From NCBI GenBank assembly GCA_963830975.1, contig CAWHOI010000004.1:532924-596923 (forward strand): a stretch of 64,000 nucleotides of DNA, read 5' to 3'. Origin of the DNA: an uncultured Solirubrobacterales bacterium. GTDB taxonomy: Bacteria > Actinomycetota > Thermoleophilia > Solirubrobacterales > Solirubrobacteraceae. Below the pieces are notes generated by a model that saw only the letters and a list, made by a program, of their open reading frames with translations, was not told where the DNA came from and did not search any database. Positions 9,671 through 22,502 of the stretch are shown piece after piece. Made by a program: the position numbers and the translations under genes. Positions within the stretch are counted from its first letter, which is position 1. The number at the start of each line of letters is the position of its first letter.

Positions 9671-10870
9671 GTGATGGGCGAAGCGGTGATCATCGATGCG
9701 GTGCGCACGCCGATCGGGCGTGCGCTGAAGGGCTCGCTCCGCGCCGTCCGCGCCGACGAGTTGGCGGCGATCCCACTGCGCGCGCTGATCGAGCGCAATC
9801 CGGCGGTCGACTTCGCGCAAACCGACGACGTGATGATGGGCGCGGCGTCCTCCAGCGGGGAGCAGGCCTACAACGTCGGGCGCAACGCGCTGCTGCTGGC
9901 CGGAATCGACGAGCGTGTCCCGGGCTGCACCGTGAACCGCTTCTGCGCCTCGTCGCTGCAGACGCTGCGCATGGCGTTTCATGCGATCGCGGCGGGGGAG
10001 GGCGACCAGTACGTGGCCGCAGGCGTGGAGTCGGTCTCGCGCGCGGGCTTCGGCGCCGCACCGGACTACTCGAGTCTGAACCCGCGGCTCGACGGCTCGC
10101 CCGGATCGCTGTGCGACGTCTACATCCCGATGGGCCTCACGGCCGAGAACGTCGTCGAGCGCTACGGCGTCTCGCGCGAGGACCAGGACCACTGGGCCGT
10201 GACCTCGCAGGCTCGTGCGGTCGCGGCGGCCGAGTCGGGGCATTTCGACGCCGAGATCGTTCCCGTGAGCGTCGCCGCGCACGTCGAGGACGGCGACGAG
10301 GGGCCGCTGGAGGTTGCCGCGTCCGTCGTCGAGCGCGACGACGGCCCGCGGCCGGGAACCACGATGGAGGTGCTGGCAGGGCTGAAGCCCGCATTCAAGC
10401 CCGACGGCACCGTGACCGCCGGAAACTCATGCCCGCTCAACGACGGAGCCGCCGCCGTGCTCGTGATGAGCGCCGCGCGCGCGGAGCAGCTCGGGCTGCG
10501 CCCGCGGGCGCGAATCGTCGCCTCGAGCGTCGCGGCCGTGGAGCCCGAGTACATGGGCGTCGGGCCGATCCCGGCGATCCGGGCGCTGCTGGAGCGCAGC
10601 GGACGCTCGATCGAGGAGATCGACATCGTCGAGATCAACGAAGCCTTCGCCGCCCAGATCATCCCCTGCATGCGCGAACTCGGCATCGACGAGGAGCAGC
10701 TCAACCCGTTTGGTGGTGCGATCGCGCTCGGGCATCCGTTCGGCATGACCGGAGCGCGGATCATGGCCACGCTGCTGAACGGCCTGGAGAAGACCGGCGG
10801 GCGGCTCGGAATCGAGTCGATGTGCGTCGCCGGCGGGATGGGGCAGGCGATATTGGTCGAGCGGATCTAG
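9671..10870 (+). CDS. acetyl-CoA C-acyltransferase (thiolase)
   Basis: NRFCASSLQ (active Cys), GNSCPLNDGAAA, and ALGHPFGMTGARI near the C-terminus. Confidence 0.9.
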   Translation: MMGEAVIIDAVRTPIGRALKGSLRAVRADELAAIPLRALIERNPAVDFAQTDDVMMGAASSSGEQAYNVGRNALLLAGIDERVPGCTVNRFCASSLQTLRMAFHAIAAGEGDQYVAAGVESVSRAGFGAAPDYSSLNPRLDGSPGSLCDVYIPMGLTAENVVERYGVSREDQDHWAVTSQARAVAAAESGHFDAEIVPVSVAAHVEDGDEGPLEVAASVVERDDGPRPGTTMEVLAGLKPAFKPDGTVTAGNSCPLNDGAAAVLVMSAARAEQLGLRPRARIVASSVAAVEPEYMGVGPIPAIRALLERSGRSIEEIDIVEINEAFAAQIIPCMRELGIDEEQLNPFGGAIALGHPFGMTGARIMATLLNGLEKTGGRLGIESMCVAGGMGQAILVERI

Positions 10871-10877
10871 CGCGCGC

Positions 10878-11447
10878 TCAGCGCCAGCTCCGCAGCACCC
10901 GGCGCCCCTGGTCGTGGCCGAGGACGCCGATACCCCCTGGGGACAGGGGGAAGAGCGCGCCGGCGGTCGCATCGAGGCCGAGCCAGCGGGCGGTCAGCAC
11001 GCGCAGCACGTGTCCGTGCGCGAACACGAGCACGTCGCCCTGCGCCGGAAGCATTGCCAGCAGCGCGTCGGCTCGCCGCGCGACGTCCGGCGCGGCCTCG
11101 CCGCCCGGGCAACCGTCGCGCCACAGATCCCAACCGGGCCGGCGCTCATGGATCTGCGCCGACGTGAGTCCCTCATAGTCCCCGTAGTTCCATTCGAGCA
11201 GCTCCTCGTGGCGCTGCGGTGCAAAGCCGACGAGGCGCGCCGTCTCCAGCGCACGCTCGAGCGGGCTGCTCCAGACCGCCGTGAAGCTCCACCGCGCGAG
11301 CGGCTCACGCAGCGTCAGCGCCTTCGCGCGCCCCTGCTCGTTCAGCGGCAGGTCGGTGCGGCCGGTGTGCTGGCCGGTCTGCGTCCAGTCGGTGTCGGCG
11401 TGGCGGACGATCACCAGCTCGCGATCGCTCGACGCGGGCGCCATCAC
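10878..11447 (-). CDS. histidine phosphatase (phosphoglycerate-mutase-like) family protein
   Basis: LVIVRHADTDW (RHG motif) ..SSPLERALETA..FAHGHVLR. Its start overlaps the pgl stop by 4 nt. Confidence 0.85.
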   Translation of the reverse strand: MMAPASSDRELVIVRHADTDWTQTGQHTGRTDLPLNEQGRAKALTLREPLARWSFTAVWSSPLERALETARLVGFAPQRHEELLEWNYGDYEGLTSAQIHERRPGWDLWRDGCPGGEAAPDVARRADALLAMLPAQGDVLVFAHGHVLRVLTARWLGLDATAGALFPLSPGGIGVLGHDQGRRVLRSWR

Positions 11448-12148
11448 AGTTGGGCCAGCGCCGCGCGATCGGCGATCACGGTTAGGCGCGTGCGCTCGAG
11501 CAGGCTAGCCGGCACGGCCGGATCCGGCGGCGCGAGCGCGCCGGCGAGCGCCGCCGCCTTGCCCGACCCGGTGGCGAGCAGGATCGCGCTGCGGGCGCCG
11601 CGCAGCACATCGATACCGAGCGACACGCGGTCCGGCGGCGGCTTGGGAGCGTTGTGAACGGCCACCACGGCCGCGCCGTGCGCGTCGAGCGCAGCGTTGT
11701 GGGGAAACAGCGACGCCGTGTGCCCGTCCTCGCCGATCCCCAGAAGCACGATGTCGAGCACGGGCAGAGAAGTCCCGTCGGCCGGCACCCGCTCGCGAAG
11801 CAGGGCGTCGTAGGCGGCAGCGGCTCGCTCCGCGCCAAGCTCGCCCTCGATGCGGTGGACGAGCGCGCCGGGCGCATCGGCGAGGAGTGTCTCGGCGACC
11901 ATCCGATAGTTCGACTCCGGGTCGTCGGGGCCGACGCAGCGCTCGTCGCCGAACCAAAGCTCGACGCCGCTCCAGCTGCCGCGGCGCAACTGCCCGTACG
12001 CGCCCGCGGGCGTCGTGCCGCCTGCGAGCGCAAGGTGCGCCGTGCCGCGGGCGGTGATCGTCGCGTCGAGAAGCTCCGCGACCAGCTTTGCGGCCCGGGC
12101 TGCGACGGCGGCGCCGTCGCTCACGCGGATCACGCTCGGCGCGCTCAC
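11444..12148 (-). CDS. pgl: 6-phosphogluconolactonase
   Basis: LALAGGTTP..WFGDERCV..GIGEDGHTASLFP. GTGA overlap with opcA. Confidence 0.85.
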   Translation of the reverse strand: MSAPSVIRVSDGAAVAARAAKLVAELLDATITARGTAHLALAGGTTPAGAYGQLRRGSWSGVELWFGDERCVGPDDPESNYRMVAETLLADAPGALVHRIEGELGAERAAAAYDALLRERVPADGTSLPVLDIVLLGIGEDGHTASLFPHNAALDAHGAAVVAVHNAPKPPPDRVSLGIDVLRGARSAILLATGSGKAAALAGALAPPDPAVPASLLERTRLTVIADRAALAQL

Positions 12149-13197
12149 GTCAGCATCTCGGCCGCGGCGTCGAGTGCCTCGCGGTAGGTCGGGTCGCGCA
12201 GCAGCGACTGGCGGATGCCCTCACCGAGGATCCCGCCCTCGCCGCGGGAGGCGCCGAGCAGCTTCCAGCGGCGCTCGACGCCGCGACCGTCGCGCGTGGA
12301 GGCGGTGAGCCCGCCGGGACCGCGATCGAGCGAGAGCTCGCCGCCGTCGTTGAACTGGAGCGTGATGCCGCCGAGTCCCGGCACTTCCTGGACGACCGAC
12401 TCGAGCGTCACCGCAACCTCACCCATCGTGCCGATCGCCCGGCCGTGTCCGTCGCGGCGCAGCTGCCCGTGCGGCCAGCCGAGGCGCGAGGTGAGCCAGC
12501 CGCACACCAGCAGCGCGGCGGCCCCGGATTCGGCCACGTTTCGGATGTGCACGGCCGCGATCTCGCCCAGCCGGCGCCGCCCGCCGGGCTGGTCGAAGAC
12601 GGCCGCCATCCGCTCCCGCCACGGCGTCGAGCGCAGCCAGGCCAGATCCACGACGTAGCGCTGCGCGAGCAGCGCCTGGGCGCGCCGCAGCGCCCCTGCG
12701 ACATCCGGATCCTCGACCGAGTCGAGCAGCACGCACTGAGAGAGCCCCGACAGGGCGTCGACCGCCTGCCAGTGCCCGTGCGGCGCCCAGACGACCGTCG
12801 TGAGGTCTGTGATCACGAGCGGATCCACGATCGTGTCGAGGTTCGGGAGGTGGCCGGGACCGAGGTCGAGGATCACCGTCTCGTGCGTGAGCACGTGCTC
12901 GCCGCCGTCTGTCGCGGCCTCCGAGGAGATCGTGGCGACCGCGTCGATCGTGCGGCGGCCGTCGCTGACCGCGCAGACGATCGTGCGCGACGGGTGGTAG
13001 CGGCCGACGCGCTTCAGCCGGTTCGCGATCTCCCCGCTCCACTGGCGCTCGACGACGCAGATCAGGTTGAGCACCCGCGCCGGCACGTAGCCGTCGCTCT
13101 CGTTGTGCCGCTCGATCAGAAGCTCGCGCAGCGCCGCCTCGACCGCGGCCGGGGTCGTGTCCTCGGCGGCCCAGACGGAGTCGGTCACGGCCGTCAT
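12145..13197 (-). CDS. opcA: glucose-6-phosphate dehydrogenase assembly protein OpcA
   Basis: MTAVTDSVWAAEDTTPAAVEAALRELL..RVLNLI is a typical OpcA N-terminus. I place the start at the ATG at 13197, 16 nt after the zwf stop. The track ORF is over-extended to 13392. Confidence 0.8.
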   Translation of the reverse strand: MTAVTDSVWAAEDTTPAAVEAALRELLIERHNESDGYVPARVLNLICVVERQWSGEIANRLKRVGRYHPSRTIVCAVSDGRRTIDAVATISSEAATDGGEHVLTHETVILDLGPGHLPNLDTIVDPLVITDLTTVVWAPHGHWQAVDALSGLSQCVLLDSVEDPDVAGALRRAQALLAQRYVVDLAWLRSTPWRERMAAVFDQPGGRRRLGEIAAVHIRNVAESGAAALLVCGWLTSRLGWPHGQLRRDGHGRAIGTMGEVAVTLESVVQEVPGLGGITLQFNDGGELSLDRGPGGLTASTRDGRGVERRWKLLGASRGEGGILGEGIRQSLLRDPTYREALDAAAEMLT

Positions 13198-13213
13198 CGG
13201 CTGGGCGCGAGCC

Positions 13214-14748
13214 TCAGATCGCCCGCCACTGGTGGCCTTCGAGCAGCAGCTCGTCCGCGGCCGCCGGTCCCTGCGTTCCGGCGGCGTACTGCGGCAGCCG
13301 CACCTTGCCCTCCGCCCAGGCCGAAACGATCGGATCGCAGATCCGCCACTGGGCCTCGACCTCGTCGTTGCGGGTGAACAGCGTCGCCTCACCCCGCATC
13401 GCGTCGAGAATCAGACGCTCGTAGGCCTCCGGCGACTGCGACAGGAAGGCGGTGCCGTAGAGGAATTCCATGTTGACCGGGCGGATCCGCATGCGCGTGC
13501 CCGGAATCTTCGCCCCGAGCGACAGCGACACGCCCTCGTTCGGCTGGATCGTCATCACCAGCTGGTTGGGCCGCACGCCCAGCGAGCCCTCCTGCTCGAA
13601 CGCGAGGTGGGGCACCGGCCGCAGGGTGACCGCGATCTCGGTGACCTTGCGGGCGAGCCGCTTGCCCGTCCGCAGGTAGAACGGCACGCCGGCCCAGCGC
13701 CAGTTGTCCACCTGCAGGCGCAGCGCGGCGTAGGTCTCCGTGTGCGAGTCCGCGGGCACGCCGTCCTCCTCGAGGTAGCCGGCGACCTGTTCGCCGCCGC
13801 TGACGCCGGCGGCGTACTGCGCTCGCACGCTCATCTGCTCGATCTCGTGCCCCTGCGGCGTGCGGATCGCGTGCAGCACCTTCACCTTCTCGTCGCGCAC
13901 GTCGTTGGCGGCGAAGCTGACCGGTGGCTCCATGCACAGCAGCGTGAGCAGCTGCATCATGTGATTCTCGACGAGGTCGCGCAGCGCGCCGGCGTGGTCG
14001 TAGTACCCGGCGCGGCTGCCGATGCCGATGTCCTCGGCGGCGGTGATCTGCACGTGCGCGATGTAGTTGCGATTCCACAACGGCTCGAACATGCCGTTCG
14101 CGAAACGGAACGCGAGCATGTTCTGCACCGTCTCCTTGCCGAGATAGTGGTCGATGCGAAACACCTGGCTCTCGTCGAATACGGAGAGCACCTTCGCGTT
14201 CAGCTCGCGAGCCTCGGCCAGTGAGGTCCCGAACGGCTTCTCGATCATCACGCGGACCTCGGCCGCCTGCTTCTCGGATCGCGCGAGCCCGGCGTTGCCG
14301 AGCGCCTCCACGATGACGGCGAAGAACTCGGGCGCCGTCGAGAGGTAGAACGCGCGCGACATCGGCTCGCCGGCAGCGTCGTCGAGCTCCTCGAGTGACC
14401 GTGCGAGGGCCTGGTAGGTCGCGGCGTCGTCGAACGCCCCGGTCACGTAGCGGAGCTCGTCGAGCAGGCCGGCCAGCACGCTCTCGTCGGGCGGCGTGCG
14501 CGAGAAGGCGCGGATCGACTCCGCCGCGATGTCGCGGTAGGCCTCGGCCGAAAGCTCACCGCGTGAGACGCCGATCAGGTTGAATCGGCCCGGCAGCGCT
14601 CCTTCGTGCGCGAGGTTGTAGATCGCCGGCAACAGCTTGCGCTTCGCCAGATCACCGGTGGCGCCGAAGATCACGAGATTGGTGGGCGCGACAGGGAGGC
14701 GTTCGAGTCCCGCCGCGAGCGGGTTCGGTGCGACGACGTCGGTCAGCG

Positions 14749-14752
<4 letters not shown>
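13214..14752 (-). CDS. zwf: glucose-6-phosphate 1-dehydrogenase
   Basis: VIFGATGDLAKRKL and FRIDHYLGKE signatures. The GTG start overlaps the gnd stop (GTGA). The track ORF is over-extended to 15184. Confidence 0.92.
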
Positions 14753-15689
<937 letters not shown>

Positions 15690-15690
<1 letters not shown>

Positions 15691-18410
15691 CAGAGCATCT
15701 CCTTGATCCGCGTGTGGAGCTCGCGCAGCGCGACAGCCGGTTCGCCGTTCAGCACGACGATCTCGGCCGGCAGGCCGTGGGAGCGCAGGGTCTGCAGGTC
15801 GCCGATCGCCTGCGCCGTCTCGAGCGTGCGAAACGTGTAGCCGGCTCCGGGTATCTCGACGTCGGGCCCGCTGTGGGCGATCAGCGAGAGGAAGCGCCCG
15901 ACCGGCGGACCGCCCTTGTGGAGCTGTCCGGTCGAGTGCAGGAAGCGCGGCCCGTAGCCGAACGTGGTGGCGAGGCGCGTGTGGGCGAGCAGGGTCGCGC
16001 GCAGCGCAGCGACCTCCTCGTCGAACTCGACCGAGGGCGCCACGTAGCCCATCAGGGCGATGTAGCCGTCTGCGGCGCCGCCGGTCAGCAGCGTGCGGAG
16101 CGCATCGTCGTCCGCCGGCTCGAGCTGCGGCAGCGCCCCGGCGCCGAGCACTCGCTTGGTGGCGTCCTTTGCCTCCTGGACGTTCGGCTGGTCGAACGGA
16201 TTGATCTCGAGCACCCAGCCTGCGACCGCCGTCGCGAACTCGGCGAGGAAGAACATCCGCCCCAGATCCTCGCTCCCGTTGACGCTCAGCGTGAGCGTCG
16301 GGTGCCCCGCCGCGCCCAGCGCCTCGACGCGGGAGTCGGTGTCCGCGTTAGCGCGCTCCTCGTCGCGCAGGTGCACGAAGACGCGGTCATCGCCGTAGCA
16401 CTCGGGTCCGAGCAGCGGCTCGTCGGCCACCGGCAGGATGCCCCGTCCCTGCTTGCCGGTGCTCTCCGCGACGAGCTGCTCGACCCAGAGTCCGAAGCTG
16501 GCGACCGGATCGCCGACGACGAACGTCAGCTTGTTGCGCCCGTGGCGGGCGAGCTCGCCGATAGCCAGTCCGAGCCACAGACCCGGGTTGGTCTGCGTGC
16601 TGTCGAAATGCGCGCACGCCTGCTCGGCGAGTTCGGCGCGCTCGAGCAGCGCATGCACCGGTGCGCCGATCAGCGCCGCCGGCACCAGGCCGAACAGCGA
16701 CAGCGCCGAGTAGCGCCCGCCGATGTTCGGGTCGTTCTCGAAGGCGGCGCGGAAGCCGTGCTCGCGCGCTAGATCGAGCAGCGAGCTGCCGGGGTCCGTG
16801 ATCGCCACGAAACGGTTACCGTCGGGCACCAGGGCGTGGAAGTGCTCGAACAGGGAGAGCGTCTCGATCGTCCCCCCCGACTTGGTCGAGACGACGAACA
16901 GGGTGCGCTCCAGCGAGATCGCCTCCTCCACATCGCGAATCGCCGCCGGATCCGTCGAATCGAGCACGTGCAGCGTCAGCGCCTCCTCGGTTGCGCCGAA
17001 CGTGCGCCACAGCACCTCGGGCGCGAGGCTCGAGCCGCCCATGCCGAGAAGCACCGCGTCCGTGAGGCCCTCCTCGGCACACCCGCGCGCGAACGCGACG
17101 AGCTCGTCGGCACGCTCGGCCATGGCGTCGGAGATCGTCAGCCAGCCCAGGCGGTCGCCGATCTCGGGCACCCCCGGACCGCCCCACAGCGACTCGTCCT
17201 TCGCCCACACGCGGCGGGCGACGCGCTGCTCGACCGCGGTCGAAACACGGCCGGCGATGGCGCGCGAGAGCTCGGGGGCGATCACCGCGGCGATCGCCGG
17301 CGGGCGCCCGGTGAGCACCATCTGGCGGGCGCTCTCGATGCCCGCGAGCAGCTTCTCCATCGGCGCGACGAACGCGGCGATCCCCTGCAGCAGCAGCGTC
17401 GTGGTCACGTCGTCCATGTCGATCCCGGCGGCGGCGAGCGCGTCGAGCGCGGGGGCCGGGTCGATCTGCGCGGTTCCCGGCACGATCTCGCCGCGCTCGG
17501 CGACGGCCAACAGGGTCTTCAGCGGCATCGTGTTGACGGTGTTCGGAGCGACCAGGCCGTCGACGTACATGGTGTCGGGGTAGGCCGGGTTCTTCACGCC
17601 GGTGGACGCCCACAGCGGGCGCTGCACGCGCGCGCCGGCGGCGCGCAGCGCGGCGAAACGCTCGCCGAGGAAGATCTGCTCGTAGCGGGCATAGGCGGCG
17701 CGCGCATTGGCCAGCGCGGCCGTGCCGGCGAGCTCGGAGCGTCCCAGCGCCGCGAGACGCTTGTCGACCTCGGTGTCCACGCGCGAGACGAAGAAGCTCG
17801 CGACCGAGTTGATGTCGACCGACAGGCCCGCGGCGAGGCGCCGCTCCAGCCCACGGATGTAGGCCTCGGCGATCTGCGCGTAGCGCTCGACGGAGAACAG
17901 CAGCGTCACGTTGACGTTGATGCCCTCGAAGATCGCCTGCTCGATCGCGGGAACCCCGGCCTCGGTGCCGGGGATCTTGATCATCAGGTTTGGGCGATCC
18001 ACGCGTGCCCAGTAGTCGCGCGCCTGCGCGATCGTGCCGTCGGTGTCGTCCGCGAGGGTCGGTGCGACCTCGAGCGAGATGAAGCCGTCGCCGTGCTCGT
18101 CGTAGACGCTGCGCAGCACGTCGGCGGCGTCCTGGACGTCGGCGACGGCGAGGCGCTCGTAGAGCGCCACGGCGTCGAGATCCTCGTGCGCCAGCTCCGC
18201 CAGCGCCTCCTCGTAGTCGTTGGAGCCGAGGATCGCCTGTTCGAAGATCGCCGGATTGGAGGTGACGCCGCGCAGCGAGCACTCGTCTCGCAGGCGGGCG
18301 AGCTCGCCGCTGACGATCAGGCCGCGGCGGATCTGGTCCAGCCACGGCGCGGTTCCGGCCGCAACCAACGCGGCAAGATTGGCGTTGGCGGTGTGGGGCG
18401 CGCTAGCCAT
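15690..18410 (-). CDS. bifunctional transaldolase / glucose-6-phosphate isomerase fusion
   Basis: 906 aa. The N-terminal ~370 aa carry TSNPAIF and NLMIKIPGT (Tal Schiff-base Lys context). The C-terminal part carries GMGGSSL and IGGRYSALS (PGI). An AGGAGG SD lies between it and the tkt stop. Confidence 0.9.
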
Positions 18411-18422
18411 GTGACCCTCCTT

Positions 18423-20435
18423 TCAGGTGCTCAACAGTGCGTGGGCCTGCTCGACGATCGCGGCTGCCGTGATCCCGAAGTGCGCGTACACCTCGGCCTC
18501 GGGACCGGAGGCGCCGAACGTCCGCATTCCGATCACCGCTCCGCGCTCGCCGGTCCAGCGGTCCCAGCCGAGCGGGCTCGCGGCCTCGACGGCGATCCGC
18601 GCCGTCCCGGGCGGGCCCAGCACGCGTTCGCGTTCGTCCGCGGGTTGGCGCTCGAAGCGGTCCATGCAGGGCATGCTGACGACGCGCGCCGCGATGCCCT
18701 CGGCGGCCAGCTGGTCGGCGGCGGTGAGGCACAGCGACACCTCCGAGCCGGTGCCGATCAGGACCAACGCCGGCGTGTCCTCGCCGTGGCGCAGGACGTA
18801 GGCGCCACGGTCGATCGCGTCGTCGGGGATCAGCTCGGGATCGAGCACGAGGAGCCCCTGCCGAGAGAGCGCCAACACGGTTGGGGTTTCACGGGCTCGC
18901 AGCGCGAAGCTCCAGGCGAGTGCCGTCTCGTGGGCGTCGGCCGGGCGCACCACGTTGATGTTGGGCGTGGCGCGCAGTGCCGCCAGCTGCTCGATCGGCT
19001 GGTGGGTCGGGCCGTCTTCGCCGACGCCGATCGAGTCGTGGGTGAAGCAGAAGATCGTCGGCAGCTCCATCAGCGCGGCGAGCCGGATCGCGCCCTTCAT
19101 GTAGTCGGAGAAGATCAGGAACGTGGCGCCGTAGGGGCGCAGGCCGCTCAGCGCAAGCCCGTTGACGATCGCTCCCATGCCGTGCTCGCGGATGCCGAAG
19201 TGCAGGTTGCGTTCGGCGAACGCGTTGCGCTCGACGTCGCCGCCGCCGTCGATCAGGGTCAGCGTCGAGGGCGCGAGATCCGCGGAGCCGCCGATCAGCG
19301 ACGGCACGTGCGACGCGGCGATCTGCAGCACCTCCTCCGACGCCTTGCGGGTGGCGATCTTGGTGCCGGGCTCGAATCGCTTGAGCAATCCGGCCGGCAG
19401 CTTCACCGGACGGCGCTCGAAGATCGCCTGCAGCTCCTCGGCGAGGTCGGGATGCGCCTCACGGTAGGCCGTCATCTGCTCGTTCCACGCCTGCTCCGCC
19501 TGCTCGCCACGCCCGATCGTCGTCGCGCGGCAGTGCTCGAGCGCCTCGGCCGGCACGTAGAACGGCGGCTCGGTCGGCCAGCCGTAGCCCTCCTTGGTCA
19601 GGCGGATCTCCTCCTCGCCGAGCGGCGAGCCGTGGGCGCCGGCCGTGTCCTGCTTGTTGGGCGCGCCGAAGGCGATGTGCGTGCGGCAGATGATCAGCGA
19701 CGGGCGGTCGGTGACATCGATCGCCGCCTTCGCCGCCTGCTCGAGCCGCTCGACCGCGAGGTCCTCGCCAAGTCGCTGGACGTGCCAGCCGTACGCCTCG
19801 TAGCGAGCGCCGACGTCCTCGCTGAACGAGAGCGAGGTGTCGCCCTCGATCGAGATGTGGTTGTCGTCGTAGAAGGCGATCAGGCGGCCGAGCCGCAGAT
19901 GCCCGGCGAGCGAGCTGGCCTCCGAGGAGATGCCCTCCTGCATGTCGCCATCCGAGGCGATCGTGAAGGTGTGGTGGTCGATGATCTCGTGCCCGTCGCG
20001 ATTGAAACGCGCGGCCAGCAGGCGCTCGGCGAGAGCCAGGCCGACGCAGTTGGAGATGCCCTGGCCCAGCGGTCCCGTGGTCGCCTCGATGCCGGGCGCC
20101 AGGCCGTACTCGGGGTGCCCCGCGCACGGCGAGCCGAGCTGGCGGAAGTTCTGCAGGTCCTCCAGGGAGAGCCCGTAGCCGCAGAGGTAGAGCATCGAGT
20201 ACAGCAGCATCGACGCGTGACCGCAGGACAGAACGAAGCGATCGCGGTTGGGCCAGGCGGCGTTGGCCGGGTTGTGACGCATGACTCGCGTGTACAGCGT
20301 GTAGGCCAGCGGAGCGAGCGCCATGGGCGTCCCGGGATGCCCTGAGTTCGCTTTCTGCACGGCATCCATGGCGAGCGTGCGGATCGTGTTGATGCAGAGC
20401 TCATCGAGGCTCGCCGTCGGCGGGGCTGTGCTCAT
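18423..20435 (-). CDS. tkt: transketolase
   Basis: [32 protein letters not shown]. The ATG at 20435 overlaps the glk stop (ATGA). The track ORF 18423..22070 is an over-extension. Confidence 0.95.
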   Translation of the reverse strand: MSTAPPTASLDELCINTIRTLAMDAVQKANSGHPGTPMALAPLAYTLYTRVMRHNPANAAWPNRDRFVLSCGHASMLLYSMLYLCGYGLSLEDLQNFRQLGSPCAGHPEYGLAPGIEATTGPLGQGISNCVGLALAERLLAARFNRDGHEIIDHHTFTIASDGDMQEGISSEASSLAGHLRLGRLIAFYDDNHISIEGDTSLSFSEDVGARYEAYGWHVQRLGEDLAVERLEQAAKAAIDVTDRPSLIICRTHIAFGAPNKQDTAGAHGSPLGEEEIRLTKEGYGWPTEPPFYVPAEALEHCRATTIGRGEQAEQAWNEQMTAYREAHPDLAEELQAIFERRPVKLPAGLLKRFEPGTKIATRKASEEVLQIAASHVPSLIGGSADLAPSTLTLIDGGGDVERNAFAERNLHFGIREHGMGAIVNGLALSGLRPYGATFLIFSDYMKGAIRLAALMELPTIFCFTHDSIGVGEDGPTHQPIEQLAALRATPNINVVRPADAHETALAWSFALRARETPTVLALSRQGLLVLDPELIPDDAIDRGAYVLRHGEDTPALVLIGTGSEVSLCLTAADQLAAEGIAARVVSMPCMDRFERQPADERERVLGPPGTARIAVEAASPLGWDRWTGERGAVIGMRTFGASGPEAEVYAHFGITAAAIVEQAHALLST

Positions 20436-21409
20436 CTGGCTTCTCCGTTCTGGTGTTTCAGTTCGCTGCGCGCGAGCAGCGCGGCGCCTCGCACGCCGGC
20501 CTGCGGGCCGGACCGGGCGATGCGGATCTCGGTCGCCGTGCCGACGCCCGGGAGCACGTACTCGAGCGCGACGGCACGGGCCGGGCCGAGCAGCAGCTCC
20601 CCCGCTGACGATACGCCACCGCCGATCGCCACGACCTGCGGGTCGAAACTGTTGATCGCGTTGGCCACGCCGACGCCGAGGTGTCGGCCGAGGGTCGCCA
20701 CGCAGGCGACGGCGACCGCGTCTCCCGCCTTCGCCGCAGCCACCGCGTCCGGCCCGGAGACCGTCCCCTGCTGGGCGAGCAGCCGTCCGAGCGCAGAGGT
20801 CGCGTGATCGCGAGCGGCCTCGCGTGCGAGGCGGTCGAGCACATGTCCGGCGGCGAAGGACTCGAGCGATCCGGGCTGGGGGAAACCCGTCGCAGCCGGG
20901 ATGTCCTCGTCGATAGACACGAGCGTCATGCCGAACTCGCCGGCCGCGCCGGTCGCGCCGCGGTAGCTGCGTCCGTCGATCACGATCCCGCCGCCCACGC
21001 CGGTGCCGACGGTGAACATGACGAGCGTCGAAACGTCGAGCCGCCCCCGTTCGTCGTGAGCCTCGGCGAGCGCCGCGACGGTGGCGTCGTTGTCGACGAA
21101 CACAGGCCGTCCGAGGCGCGTCGTCAACTCGTCGCGCAGCGGGAAGTCCTGCAGTGGAACGTTCACGCTCGAGCGCGCGCGCCCCGTCGCGAAGTCGACG
21201 ACCGACGGCACGCCGATCCCGACGGCGAGCGGAGACTCGCCCGCCGCCACCTCCTGGATCTGGGCGACGATCTGGTCGACCAGTGCGGTCGCGCTGGCTC
21301 GATCGGTTGGCCGCACGAGGGGCCTTGCGGTCTCCGAGCCGCGCATCGCCGCGACCGACACCTTGGTGCCGCCGACGTCCACGCCGATGATGAAGTCGGG
21401 CTCGGGCAT
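20432..21409 (-). CDS. glk: ROK-family glucokinase
   Basis: [35 protein letters not shown] pattern. Confidence 0.85.
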   Translation of the reverse strand: MPEPDFIIGVDVGGTKVSVAAMRGSETARPLVRPTDRASATALVDQIVAQIQEVAAGESPLAVGIGVPSVVDFATGRARSSVNVPLQDFPLRDELTTRLGRPVFVDNDATVAALAEAHDERGRLDVSTLVMFTVGTGVGGGIVIDGRSYRGATGAAGEFGMTLVSIDEDIPAATGFPQPGSLESFAAGHVLDRLAREAARDHATSALGRLLAQQGTVSGPDAVAAAKAGDAVAVACVATLGRHLGVGVANAINSFDPQVVAIGGGVSSAGELLLGPARAVALEYVLPGVGTATEIRIARSGPQAGVRGAALLARSELKHQNGEAR

Positions 21410-21515
21410 CGCTCGGCAAGCTATCAGCAGCCTTGACGGTGGCTGTTGATGTTGTGCGCGACTGCGCGCGGGTCTTGGCGTCGAACCGGCCGCCCGGGGT
21501 GTATACGCTGCGGCG

Positions 21516-22502
21516 GTGACCGATCACCCGAGCAGCACGCCGCCGGACCGCAACCTCGCACTCGAGCTCGTCCGTGTCACCGAGGCGGCGGCGCTCGGCG
21601 CCTCGCGGCTGATCGGGCGCGGCGACAAGGAGGGGGCCGATCAGGCCGCGGTCAACGCGATGCGTCACATGCTGGACAGCGTCCACATGGACGGGGTGGT
21701 CGTGATCGGCGAAGGGGAGAAGGACGAGGCGCCGATGTTGTTCAACGGCGAGCGGATCGGGGACGGCAGCGAACCGCGCGTCGATATCGCGGTCGATCCG
21801 GTCGAGGGCACGACGCTGACCGCCCGCGGCATGCCGAGTGCGCTGTCGGTGATCGCGCTCTCGCCGCGGGGGACGATGTTCGACCCGGGGCCATGCGTCT
21901 ACATGGAGAAGATCGCCGGGGGCACCGAGATCGCCGACCTGCTCGATCTGGATCGTCCGCTCGGGGAGACGATCGAGCTGGTGGCGCAGCGCAAGGGGAT
22001 CGAGGTAGCCGACGTCACCGTCGTGCTGCTGGACCGCCCGCGCCACGCGCACGCCCTGGCGGCGATCCACGAGGCGGGAGCACGCGTACGCCTGATCAGC
22101 GACGGCGACGTCTCGGCCGCGCTGCTGGCGTGCAGCGAGCGCTCCCCGGTCGATCTGATGTGGGGCATCGGCGGCACGCCCGAGGGTGTCATCACGGCGG
22201 CGGCGATCAAATGCATCGGCGGGCAGTTGCTCGGACGGCTGTGGCCACGCGACGAGCGCGAACGCCAGGCGGCGGTGGACGCGGGCTACGACCTCGACCG
22301 GGTGCTCGACCGCGACGACCTCGTCGCCGGCGACGACTGCTTCTTCTCGGCGACCGGGATCACCGACGGCGACGTGCTGCAGGGCGTGCGCTATCAGGGC
22401 TCCACCGGCGCCACGACGGAGTCGCTCGTGATGCGCTCACGCTCCGGGACGGTGCGCCGGATCCATGCGCGCCACGACCGCGCCAAGCTGCGCAGCTACT
22501 GA
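21516..22502 (+). CDS. glpX: class II fructose-1,6-bisphosphatase
   Basis: [37 protein letters not shown] motifs. It is divergent from the PPP operon. Confidence 0.92.
   Translation: MTDHPSSTPPDRNLALELVRVTEAAALGASRLIGRGDKEGADQAAVNAMRHMLDSVHMDGVVVIGEGEKDEAPMLFNGERIGDGSEPRVDIAVDPVEGTTLTARGMPSALSVIALSPRGTMFDPGPCVYMEKIAGGTEIADLLDLDRPLGETIELVAQRKGIEVADVTVVLLDRPRHAHALAAIHEAGARVRLISDGDVSAALLACSERSPVDLMWGIGGTPEGVITAAAIKCIGGQLLGRLWPRDERERQAAVDAGYDLDRVLDRDDLVAGDDCFFSATGITDGDVLQGVRYQGSTGATTESLVMRSRSGTVRRIHARHDRAKLRSY

Noticed and set aside
7967-10282. 771-aa minus-strand ORF
   Set aside because: It runs antisense across the acyl-CoA dehydrogenase, zincin and thiolase genes, all of which have unmistakable motifs. 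Its composition is Arg/His/Asp-rich noise.
16836-20345. 1169-aa plus-strand ORF
   Set aside because: It is antisense to the tal/pgi fusion and tkt. It has no recognisable domains and extreme Arg/Gly/Ala content.
20436-22070. 545-codon upstream extension of the transketolase frame (track ORF 18423..22070)
   Set aside because: It reads through the glucokinase gene in another frame and through the glpX region as antisense, and it is Arg-rich. The true tkt start is the ATG at 20435, overlapping the glk stop.
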